Under the pieces are notes generated by a model. It was not told the DNA's origin, made no database searches, and saw nothing but the letters and a program-made list of their open reading frames with translations. This document shows positions 20,801 through 29,725 of a DNA stretch of 41,431 nucleotides, piece by piece (position 1 is the stretch's first letter; every line of letters starts with the position of its first letter). The stretch is from Chrysochromulina tobinii (Eukaryota), in NCBI GenBank assembly GCA_001275005.1, contig JWZX01003371.1:1-41431 (forward strand). Reading direction: 5' to 3'. The position numbers and the translations under genes are program-made.

Positions 20801-20905
20801 TCTAGCCGACCGAAGGCCACACACCGGCCCAAGGCAACGCATTGGGGGGAGCCGGGGGCAGTTTTGAGATTTTGGTCGGAACATAAACTTGGACCGGCGT
20901 GACGA

Positions 20906-23900
20906 ATGCTGGGTTTCATGGGGTGCTGTGCCTCAAAGGGGTGCTGTGCCTCCATGGGGTGCTGTGCCTCTCGAGAGGAGCCGCCTGGGCAGCCGGATCC
21001 GGAGCCTAACCCTGACCCGAATCCGAACCAAAACCCTAACCCGAACCCTCCAGCTCCGGCTCCGGCTCCGGCTGCTGACGATCCCATCGATCGGAACATC
21101 GTGGAACAATTGATGGGGAGCGGCGGCTCTGGCGTTGAACCGATTGACAAGGAGACTTTCAAGAAGCTCATCGTCGACCTTGGGCTTCAAGGAATTGCGG
21201 CGGACATGAGTGAGCTCGAAGATTACATCGAGAGCCTAAAGGAACGCCAGACATCGATGACAGGCTTCAACCTTTGTCCGCACCACGATGAAATTTTGCG
21301 AGGCAAGCCACGACCGGAGGAGAAGCCCGCCAAAGCAGCGAGCCGATCTCAGATGCATGGCGAGCTGCTGCGCAAGTCAATAAAGCAGTCGGTTCTGGAT
21401 GAGATGGACAGCGCGGCGGCGAAGGTGAAGCCGAGCGCCCGCGAGACGAAGGACATGCTCTTTGCGCTTCACGCCTACACGCGGAACGAGATCTACCGCG
21501 AGTTCAACCGCGACCACCGCGAGCTTCGGCCTGAGCTCTGGGCTGCTGTCTCGAACACGATGCGCTGCGCCTTGAAAAACGCGCGCTCGCCAGATGCCGG
21601 CGCGACTCTCTACCGCGGCGACAGTCGCGACGAGTACAACCTCCGGAAGGGCCAGCTGGACTGCTTTTCTCAGTACACGAGCGCGAGCCTCAACCGAAGA
21701 GTCGCGGAAAGTTTCGCAAAGGGCAAGTGGATCTTTGAGATCACGGGCGTCCCGCATACCCGCTGCGCGACAATCAAGCACGCGTCCAAATACCCGAATG
21801 AGGACGAGGTTCTAATTGCGCCCGGGTCCACCTTTTGCGTGGAGAGTGTCGACGAGTCAACCACTCCGAAGGTCGTGCGTTTGCGCTTTGGCGAGAATGG
21901 CAAGCAGGCCGATTGCGAGTGGTGCCTACTGGAGCGCGAGTTCAGCTCCTCGCGCCTGATCAGTGGTTCGTCCAAGGTCACCGCGTTTGGTGTGGCGCTT
22001 GCTGGTAGGGCTCCAGGCAGGCCCCGCGCCGACGGCGACAGGCCCCTAATCGATGGGCCATGCTTCAAATGCTTCGATAAGAACGGCCAGCTTGTCGATG
22101 GTACGGGAATGAAGAGACCACTGCTGGTTTCGGCTGCGGGTCTTGGCGCGCCAGGGGTAGCCATGGTAGACTTGCTGCTCGATCGGTTCGGGTTGGATGT
22201 AGATGTGGCGCGGCGCTTCACAGCATCCGACCACGCGACACAGGCCCTCGATGCTGCTCTTCGCTCCCCACGCGGGACCCCTGGCCGTGCTGATTGCGTC
22301 GCCGCGATCATCGGCAACAGTGTACTGCGTCGGACTTCGCCCTCCTCAACCTTCAAGACCGTCGTGTCACCGCAGCAGCTCGGCACCTTGCTGGAAGAGC
22401 CAGAACTCGAACGCATCGCTGAGCTAGGCCAGAACTACCTCAACCTTCCCTTGAGCAAGCCACGCGTGGTGTCCGTGTCAGCGGAGCAGCTCGTGCTAGC
22501 CATCCCATGGGCTGATGCAAAGGGCGAGGCGCACGAGGCTGTGCCGTCGTGGCTGAAGGACGCGGCGTTGTGTTCAGACGCAATCAATCAAGACACGATT
22601 CGTTTTGAAGTCGGCGCGTTCTCTGTGGACGCCGGCGCACCCGAAGTGGGTGGAAACCAGGAGATCGAAGCCCCATACCACTCGTGGTCCGGGGCCGCTG
22701 ATGACATCAGCACAGAGCCATTGCCATCAGGAGGAGTCCTGCTCAAGATGCCCAACAATCTTCCGCCGCTTGCGTCGAAGCTCTGCGTGTTACGCGTTCG
22801 TATTGCCGAGGGTCAGTTCATCGCTGGTTCGGCGGCAAAGAGCTACTCGTGCAACCGGGAGTCTCTGTGGTCGCAGCGCAGCGATGCTATCGATTGGGAG
22901 GCGGCTCGAAAGGCGGAAGAGGCCGCCGAAGAGGCTCGAAAGTTGAAAGAGGCTGCGGAGGTGGCTCGAAAAGCGGCAGAGGTCGCCGAGGCAGAGGCGG
23001 CTCGAAAAGCCAAGGCGGATGCGGACGCAAAGGCGGCAGCGGAGGCGAAGGCGGCGGCTGAAGGAAAGGCAGCAGCCGAGGCGAAGGCGGCGGATGACAA
23101 GCTATGGATCTTCACCGAGAAGTGGTTCAACCTGCAGTTTGTCCTGCAGTATCACAAGCAAAGCTTGTACGCCTTTGCAGCATCTGGCTACATCGAGATC
23201 GGAGCTCGAGGTTCATCATTTGGCTTCCGGTCGCTGGAGCTGACGGTCAAGAATCTTGCATCTTGTCCTTTAAAGGTGCTCGTGCCTCGGGGCACCTGGT
23301 TTCACAACAGGATGCCATTCCATCAGCCACTCGTCACTATTCGTGATTATTGGATTGAGATCGAGCCTGGAGCCCTTGCGACCGTTGAGCTCGACGCGTT
23401 CTGCGGCATCAGAACGTACGGCTGCCCACTTCGAGACGAGATGGAGCTGTCTCCGTATGTGTTTGACGGAGATGACGTGATGACGAGCCAGTCCAATGTG
23501 TGGGCCTATTTCTCTCCTTTCGTCCCGGCCATTCCCAAGGAGCACCAGCCCAGCAATCCCGCTGCCAACATTTCGCCGAACCCCCAGCTCGACAAAGAGG
23601 CTGCAAAGGCCGTCGAGGACGTGCGAGATGAGGAGCACGGAGATGCGAAAAAGGATGCGGATGCTCGAAAGGCGAAAGAGGCCGCCGAGGAAGCTCGAAA
23701 GGAGAAAGAGGCCGCCGAGGCGTTGCGAGCCGAGGAAGCCAGGAAAGCTGCGGAAAAGGCGGCTAAAGGGAAACCTGGCTTCCAGTTCGGTCGCTTTTAT
23801 GTTCCGCCCACTACCTTCAATAATGTGAAAGATGTCACCAGGGGTCAATCAAAGGCTCAAGCACGCCCGGACCTTTCCAAGCCACCAGCACCACCCGCCG

Positions 23901-24034
23901 AGCGCATCAAGTGGCGAGATGCTCTCTTGAAATTGCGAGATCCGCGGAAGAGCTTCCCCTTCGCCAGCTTCAAGCATCTGCCTAGCGTGAAGCGTCTAGC
24001 TTCATTCAGCCTGAGGAAGCAGTGGGAAACATGA
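20906..24034 (+). CDS. Multidomain R-S-E class (arginine-type) mono-ADP-ribosyltransferase with acylation motif, ankyrin-like and FN3-like segments, coiled coils and a C-terminal beta domain
   Basis: ALHAYT..EIYREFN, LYRG (Arg at 21614), YTSAS (21674-21688) and SKYPNEDEVL (ExE at 21800-21808). MGCCAS at ATG 20918 and 20954; Pro/Asn linker; Ala/Glu/Lys-rich coiled coils. Single 1042-codon ORF. Confidence 0.85.
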   Translation: MLGFMGCCASKGCCASMGCCASREEPPGQPDPEPNPDPNPNQNPNPNPPAPAPAPAADDPIDRNIVEQLMGSGGSGVEPIDKETFKKLIVDLGLQGIAADMSELEDYIESLKERQTSMTGFNLCPHHDEILRGKPRPEEKPAKAASRSQMHGELLRKSIKQSVLDEMDSAAAKVKPSARETKDMLFALHAYTRNEIYREFNRDHRELRPELWAAVSNTMRCALKNARSPDAGATLYRGDSRDEYNLRKGQLDCFSQYTSASLNRRVAESFAKGKWIFEITGVPHTRCATIKHASKYPNEDEVLIAPGSTFCVESVDESTTPKVVRLRFGENGKQADCEWCLLEREFSSSRLISGSSKVTAFGVALAGRAPGRPRADGDRPLIDGPCFKCFDKNGQLVDGTGMKRPLLVSAAGLGAPGVAMVDLLLDRFGLDVDVARRFTASDHATQALDAALRSPRGTPGRADCVAAIIGNSVLRRTSPSSTFKTVVSPQQLGTLLEEPELERIAELGQNYLNLPLSKPRVVSVSAEQLVLAIPWADAKGEAHEAVPSWLKDAALCSDAINQDTIRFEVGAFSVDAGAPEVGGNQEIEAPYHSWSGAADDISTEPLPSGGVLLKMPNNLPPLASKLCVLRVRIAEGQFIAGSAAKSYSCNRESLWSQRSDAIDWEAARKAEEAAEEARKLKEAAEVARKAAEVAEAEAARKAKADADAKAAAEAKAAAEGKAAAEAKAADDKLWIFTEKWFNLQFVLQYHKQSLYAFAASGYIEIGARGSSFGFRSLELTVKNLASCPLKVLVPRGTWFHNRMPFHQPLVTIRDYWIEIEPGALATVELDAFCGIRTYGCPLRDEMELSPYVFDGDDVMTSQSNVWAYFSPFVPAIPKEHQPSNPAANISPNPQLDKEAAKAVEDVRDEEHGDAKKDADARKAKEAAEEARKEKEAAEALRAEEARKAAEKAAKGKPGFQFGRFYVPPTTFNNVKDVTRGQSKAQARPDLSKPPAPPAERIKWRDALLKLRDPRKSFPFASFKHLPSVKRLASFSLRKQWET

Positions 24035-24552
24035 AGAGCAGCGCTAATTTACCATATTCGGGAACGCACCGGTGAAGCGGGGTTCGGTCTCACGTTCGCG
24101 GTGTTCGGGCGGCGCGGGGCCAGGTGGGGCGGGTACAATGTAATGCCCTTCCGGGTCGGAGTTCGGTCACACGCGACGAGAGAGGAGGATGACCTCGACA
24201 TACCCTGTATCGCTGTAGTAACCATCGGGTTGAGTAACCAGCGCCCGGTTGCTTCGCTGTAGCCTGTACGGCCTTAGCCCGTACACAACCCATGCACATC
24301 GTCGAATCGGGCAAAACCCCGACCCAATCTCCGCACGGCACGCGACGCGCTTCTCTGACGTCGTTATTATAAAAAGCGAAGTGACTTTGACTTTAAAAGC
24401 GCGTCGGCTGGTCTCAGCGTCTGTGCGAGCGGCCAGTGCAGACGGCGCGGACCGCGGTGGCGGGTTTCGACTTTCCGTGGATCGAAAGCTGCGCCCTGCG
24501 GCGTAAAAATCATGGTAAAAATGAGATTATTCACCGACGTATGCCATGTGTT

Positions 24553-27507
24553 TCACACGTGATGCGGCTGCTTCTGTTCCCGCTTTGCGACCGGGGCGAC
24601 CTGGCCCCCAGACAAGAACCCGAATATCCCGCCAAACATGCCGGTGCCGCCGTCCGGCGCCGCCGCAGGCGCCGCTTCCGTCTTGGTCACCACGAGGACC
24701 TCCGCACCCTTCTTGGCCAAGTAGGCCCGCTGCCGCCCAATGGTCGTCGAGGGGGGCTCGACAGGGTCGAGGGCCGCCAAGAAGCGAAATCTTGCAACGC
24801 ACTCAGCACTGCGGCGCGCCGCGTACTGCTCGACCAAACGGAGATCAAGGACGTTGAGAGCCTCGAGGGCCGCACGGCGCACGGGCTGCGCGTCGTCGGT
24901 GGTGGCGGCGAGGAGGAGTGCGTCAGTGTGCCTCTCGAGGGTGGCGGGGGGAAGGCGCGCGAGGAAGCGGGCCGCCCCCACGCGCACGCCCGCGTGGCAG
25001 TCCGCGAGCATGGCGTTGACCGTCGGGCCGTGAGTCGCGAGTGCTCTCGGGGACAGATGAGCAAGCGCGTCAAGCGCCGCCCGACGCACAGTCGGATCAA
25101 TATCCTTGAGGCGGCGCACTAGACTGCTCGCGGCGCCGCTGTTCAGGAGTGCGGGCGGCAGCTTGCCAAGCACCTTGACGACAGCCACCCGCACAGGCAT
25201 CACGCCGAGTTCGTCACGGTACGAGTCCTCGAGTCGCACGAGCAGCGATGCCAGATGGCGGGCAAGCTGCTCAGGCGGGGTGCGCGAGAGAGCCATGACT
25301 GCTTGCCGGCGCACGAGCCACTCACTGTCGTCGAGGCGCTCGGCGAGGGCGTCGGCGTGCGCACCGAGCTCCTGGGGCGGCAGCTGCGACAGCACGCGGA
25401 GCGCTGCCTCCCGCACAGCCCAGTCGACGTCGCGAAGCCGGCCGACGAGCGCGTCGTCATGGGCGCATAGCTGCAGGGGCTCGAGATGGGCGAGGCTCTC
25501 GAGCGCCGCGCGACGGACGAGGCGATCAATATCCTCACAGCGGGCCGCGAGCGCGGTGCCGCCGAGCGAGGCGAGGGCAGTCGGCTCGAGCATGCCGAGA
25601 GCTTCCGTGGCCGCCAGCCGCACCGCAACGTCGTCGTCCTCGTCGCAACGTCCGATCAACACGGCGGCGTGCGGCGCGAGCAAGGCGGGGGTGAGTGTCG
25701 CGAGCGTTCGCACCGCCGCATGCCGCACCTCTGCGGACGTGTCGTGCCCGCAGCGCCAGCTGATAGCTTCAGCAATGTGCGCAAGGGCAGCGGGATGGCG
25801 CTTTCCTAATTCGGCCAACGACGCAAGCGCCGCCTTGCGCACGGCCGGCGTGCAATCCGCAGGCCGATAGAAGGTGCGATCCACCTTGACCAGCACCTCA
25901 GGATGCAGCGGCGGCGCGCCGGCGAGTGTGGCAAGCGCGTCGCGGCTCAGCTCGGTGGAGCGGCGGAGGTCGATGGCGATGGACTGGTGGTCTAGCACGG
26001 GATGCTCGGACGCCACCGCCGGGAGCGAGCGCGCTACCACCCATTCGCGTCCGAAGGCAGCTTCATCGCGGTCGAGTTTCGTCAGAGCCGCATGCACCTC
26101 ACATGTGAAAGCGCATGCATCGAGACCTAAGGCAAGCACCTCGCCACGACGGAGGGTTCTCAGCCCGCGCCGTGCCGACCGCCGCACCTCGGCGCAGTCA
26201 TCACCTAGTTCACGAAGCCAGCGGGCGCAGAGCTCTGCCGACGTGCCCTCCCACCCCACCGGTGGCCGACGATGCGCCGCGCCATCGAGCTCCATCTCTC
26301 TCATCTCTTCCTCCTCGGCCGCGACGAACGCTGCCGCCGCCGCCTCGTCGATGGCCGCCGCGGCCGCCGGCTGCCCCCCAAGCGCGGTCGGCGATGCGGC
26401 AGTGAAGGCAGCACCCGCCTCTATGGCGCGGCTGGGTGTCAGGGGCCCGCACGACGCAGGGCTCGTAGAGAGCTCGCTCACACGAGGACTCCTCAAGGGC
26501 GAGTGCAAGGAACGCACAAATCCACCACGCGAAGCTGGGCGTGCAAAGCCATCTAGATGCGATTGGATGCCATGCGCTTTCAAGAAGGGCGACCCTGCGC
26601 CCGCGCGCGATGCCGCCGGTGCATCTTGGCGCATGGCGTCCAGTTTGTCGTCCCCATGGGCCTTTTCGGCCTCTTTAGCGCGCAATTTTAGGAGCTTGTT
26701 CAACTCCAGGACGTCAATCTCGCCAGAGTGGTCCGTATCGAGCTCTTCGAACACTTTATCCATCTGATCCTCTGGGGCGTCTAGACCGACCGTCGCGAGC
26801 GCCCGCCGAAACTCTCGCTGGTTGATGGTGCCCGAGGCATCGATATCCCACTGCCGAAACAAGCGCTTGATTGTGTTTCGTGATCGTACGACTGCATCGC
26901 GCAGCGCATATCGCACCCATTCCTGGTACTGGATCTCGCCCGAACCGTCAATATCTTGCTCATTGAATAGCAGGTCGCATGCCTGCTCCGACACGTTGAA
27001 GCCGAGCATGCCCACCACCTCCCGAAACTCGAGCCGGTTGATGGTGCCGCTCCCATCGGAATCTAAGATCCGGAAGAGGTTGGCCGCACCGGTCAGCTCA
27101 GCCCCGAGCTGTTCCCGGAGCAGGTTCTTTTCTTCGATGGTCTTTTTGGTCGGCAATTGTGGAACCCTGGGGAACTGCTTTGCAGCGGCCGCTGCAGCGG
27201 CCGTCGGCGATCCCAAGTGAGGGCTGAGCTTCCACACTAGGTGGCGCGCGAGCGCTTTCAGCTCCGCGAGCTCCCTCGCAGTCAGCTCCTCGGGAGGGTT
27301 TCTCGCTTGGAGCCCCGCCTGCCTTACTCGTAGCTCTTCCATGCGCTCTCGCGCCACCTCAACGTCGAGCAATGCTACAGCAGCATGCAGCTCTTCATCG
27401 CGCCGACGGGCAGTCTTCGCTTCGAGCAGCGCCCGATCAGAAGGAGAGAGCGTCGAAGCGCGGCTGAGGCGCTTGGGAGACGGAGGGCGTGCAGTGGACG
27501 GAGCCAT
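24553..27507 (-). CDS. EF-hand (4x) plus HEAT/PBS-lyase-like repeat protein
   Basis: EF loops DSDGSGTINRLE, DIDGSGEIQYQE, DIDASGTINQRE and DTDHSGEIDVLE. C-terminal repeats of the form L.D.D..VR.AAL.AL..L.P..LA.H. Confidence 0.85.
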   Translation of the reverse strand: MAPSTARPPSPKRLSRASTLSPSDRALLEAKTARRRDEELHAAVALLDVEVARERMEELRVRQAGLQARNPPEELTARELAELKALARHLVWKLSPHLGSPTAAAAAAAKQFPRVPQLPTKKTIEEKNLLREQLGAELTGAANLFRILDSDGSGTINRLEFREVVGMLGFNVSEQACDLLFNEQDIDGSGEIQYQEWVRYALRDAVVRSRNTIKRLFRQWDIDASGTINQREFRRALATVGLDAPEDQMDKVFEELDTDHSGEIDVLELNKLLKLRAKEAEKAHGDDKLDAMRQDAPAASRAGAGSPFLKAHGIQSHLDGFARPASRGGFVRSLHSPLRSPRVSELSTSPASCGPLTPSRAIEAGAAFTAASPTALGGQPAAAAAIDEAAAAAFVAAEEEEMREMELDGAAHRRPPVGWEGTSAELCARWLRELGDDCAEVRRSARRGLRTLRRGEVLALGLDACAFTCEVHAALTKLDRDEAAFGREWVVARSLPAVASEHPVLDHQSIAIDLRRSTELSRDALATLAGAPPLHPEVLVKVDRTFYRPADCTPAVRKAALASLAELGKRHPAALAHIAEAISWRCGHDTSAEVRHAAVRTLATLTPALLAPHAAVLIGRCDEDDDVAVRLAATEALGMLEPTALASLGGTALAARCEDIDRLVRRAALESLAHLEPLQLCAHDDALVGRLRDVDWAVREAALRVLSQLPPQELGAHADALAERLDDSEWLVRRQAVMALSRTPPEQLARHLASLLVRLEDSYRDELGVMPVRVAVVKVLGKLPPALLNSGAASSLVRRLKDIDPTVRRAALDALAHLSPRALATHGPTVNAMLADCHAGVRVGAARFLARLPPATLERHTDALLLAATTDDAQPVRRAALEALNVLDLRLVEQYAARRSAECVARFRFLAALDPVEPPSTTIGRQRAYLAKKGAEVLVVTKTEAAPAAAPDGGTGMFGGIFGFLSGGQVAPVAKREQKQPHHV

Positions 27508-28022
27508 TGTTCACGAGGCGCGGCACACCGTTTCGCGTTCCAAAAGTCGAAACTCGTCAACGAGCGATTTCACAAGCCTCTCCTTTCGCATAGTCAATCA
27601 GTCAGTCAGTTCCGTCGGTCCTTCCGCGCTCACCACACCGCTAGTACAAATAGCTTGGAAAGGGGGGGGTGTAAGTGCACGCGCTCACGCGTGCGTTGCA
27701 CCGTCTCAAAGGAGTACCGCGAAGGACGGCTCCGCATGGGCATGCTCCGCTCCCCTCGGTCAACACAAGTACCGGTACTCGCATTGCGAATGGAGGCACC
27801 CCGGGACCCGCCTGTTTCTTACCTGTTTCGTTTCGGGTTTCGCTGGGCTTTCGACAGGAAAAATGGTCAGCAATTGTCAGCCGAACGAGACATTATAGAG
27901 TCAGAGGTTGGTAAGTTACCACTCTCTCTCTATAGAGTCTGGATCACCGAAACACCGAGGCGCGGGACCACCACGAGTCAGGCGGCACGCAATCCAGAGA
28001 AGCCTCAGGGGGTGGTTCGACT

Positions 28023-28931
28023 TTACTCGAGCTTGGCACGGTTGCCTCTGTGATGCTGGCGACGATGCTCGCGCGAACTGGACGCCGAACAATTGAGCTC
28101 AAAATAGATGGTCGGCTCAGGGCACTTGCCATGATGGGGATCGAAGAGGTTCGTGGGCTTGAGGCCAGCGCGCGCTTCTCGGATCTCGAGCACTGCGGCG
28201 TGGTGCGGCGCATTCCCGACCTTGGACGGCGCTATGGTGAACAGGTTGCAAGAGTCCGACTGGAAGCCGTAGGAGAGCCAGTCAAGCACCATGGCGCCTT
28301 CCAGGTTGGGCAGCCATTCCGGCAAGACGCGGAGGTCGCGCTTGCCGTTAAAGGATCCATCGGTCCAGAATAATGGATTGTAAACGTCGTGCAGCGACAC
28401 TGGAATGTGGCCGAGCCGCATCACCGCCGGGAGGAGCCGCGACGTATACAAGGTCGCCATCTCGACGTTGTGCTTACTGTCCAAGTAGAGGTAGTCTGGA
28501 GGCGGGAGGGGTCTTGATTTCCCCTCCCATTTTGAGGACAAGATGCCGTCGGGAGAGACGAGGGTCTGCGCATTCCTTTTGTGGAAGTTCCACATCGGCA
28601 TCAGCAATGGAAAGCGATCCGTCCCGACTAAGAACTTGTACGAGGAGCCGAAGAGGTCAAAGGAATGGAGCGTTGCGTTGTTGCTGTTTGCAGCAAGCGC
28701 ATGCAGTATTACCACGGTTGAGAAGCCATCAGCTGGTGATATTTCCCATACGACGCGTGGCTTGAGCTCACGTAAGCGCATGTAGGATAGTTCCATTTCC
28801 AACGTGCACGAGAAGCACTTAACCGGCTTAACACAGTACGCATTCATCGTGCGGTGCAACGCCTTCAACTCAGCGCCATACTTTGAGTAGCCAGCTCGTG
28901 CCAGCTGCACGCCTAGATGCGGAGCGAGCAT
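28023..28931 (-). CDS. Class I SAM-dependent methyltransferase (Methyltransf_24-like)
   Basis: EMELSYMRLRELKPRVVWEISPADGFSTVVILHAL...LHSFDL...DYLYLDSKH...PVSLHDV. First ATG at 28931; the frame is open to 29096, so the 5' end is uncertain. Confidence 0.7.
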   Translation of the reverse strand: MLAPHLGVQLARAGYSKYGAELKALHRTMNAYCVKPVKCFSCTLEMELSYMRLRELKPRVVWEISPADGFSTVVILHALAANSNNATLHSFDLFGSSYKFLVGTDRFPLLMPMWNFHKRNAQTLVSPDGILSSKWEGKSRPLPPPDYLYLDSKHNVEMATLYTSRLLPAVMRLGHIPVSLHDVYNPLFWTDGSFNGKRDLRVLPEWLPNLEGAMVLDWLSYGFQSDSCNLFTIAPSKVGNAPHHAAVLEIREARAGLKPTNLFDPHHGKCPEPTIYFELNCSASSSREHRRQHHRGNRAKLE

Positions 28932-29213
28932 GCTTGTCGCGGCTTGTCTGCCGTTGTGTGCTGCCCCGCTCGGTATAGCGATCGCACTCACCACCGGAAG
29001 CGGCAAATGGGAGACAAAGGACGCGCCGATTAGTCGCCGAATGGACGTTTGGACGAAGTTGGCGGCAAGTTTAAACTGTGAGGGGAGCTGGCACACACGA
29101 TCTACTCATCTTGTTCTCTACGAAAGTGATGATCTCCGCAATTTCCGGCATGTTTGTCGAGTCCGCAGCGTCGTTCTTGAGGTGTGCTTCTGCACACGCG
29201 GCTGCTCGCACGG

Positions 29214-29725
29214 ATGCCGCAGCACCTTCCACGTATCCGTTACATGCTGGGCGAACTCGTGGGCCGCGTGACCTCGGTCGCCAACAACAAGACGGTACGC
29301 CAGCAGACGCAGCACTGCATTGCATAGCGTCCGCGATCGCAATGATCACACTGACGGATGGGGCGAAGGCTCTCGCGTGCACAGGCGGTCGTCCAGGTGC
29401 CCCGCTTGTTTCGCGACCCAAAGGTTGGCAAGGACGTGCGTCGGCGAACTAAGATGTGGGCGCACGACGAGTTCAACCTTTGCGCGCTCGGTGACATTGT
29501 GCGTACGAAGAGTGCCAGGCCGGGCTGCACCGTCGCACGTGATCGCGGCGCCGCCCTCCGGCACGCGCGCGCCCCACCTGTGAGCTGTGTGATCGTGCCG
29601 TGTGCCTGCAACAGGTCCGGCTGGAGCCCTCGCGTGCGCTGAGCAAGAAGAAGGCGCACATCGTTGCGGAGATCATCCACAAGGAGAATGGCAGCACTCC
29701 GCCGACGCCCTTCCCGAGCAGGTGA
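29214..29725 (+). CDS. MRPS17: Mitochondrial/bacterial-type ribosomal protein uS17; 3 exons
   Basis: Exons 29214-29294, 29385-29498 and 29615-29725 (GT-AG introns 29295-29384 and 29499-29614). Spliced product: [86 protein letters not shown]..., containing the uS17 AHDE.N....GD.V....RxLSK signature. Confidence 0.92.
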
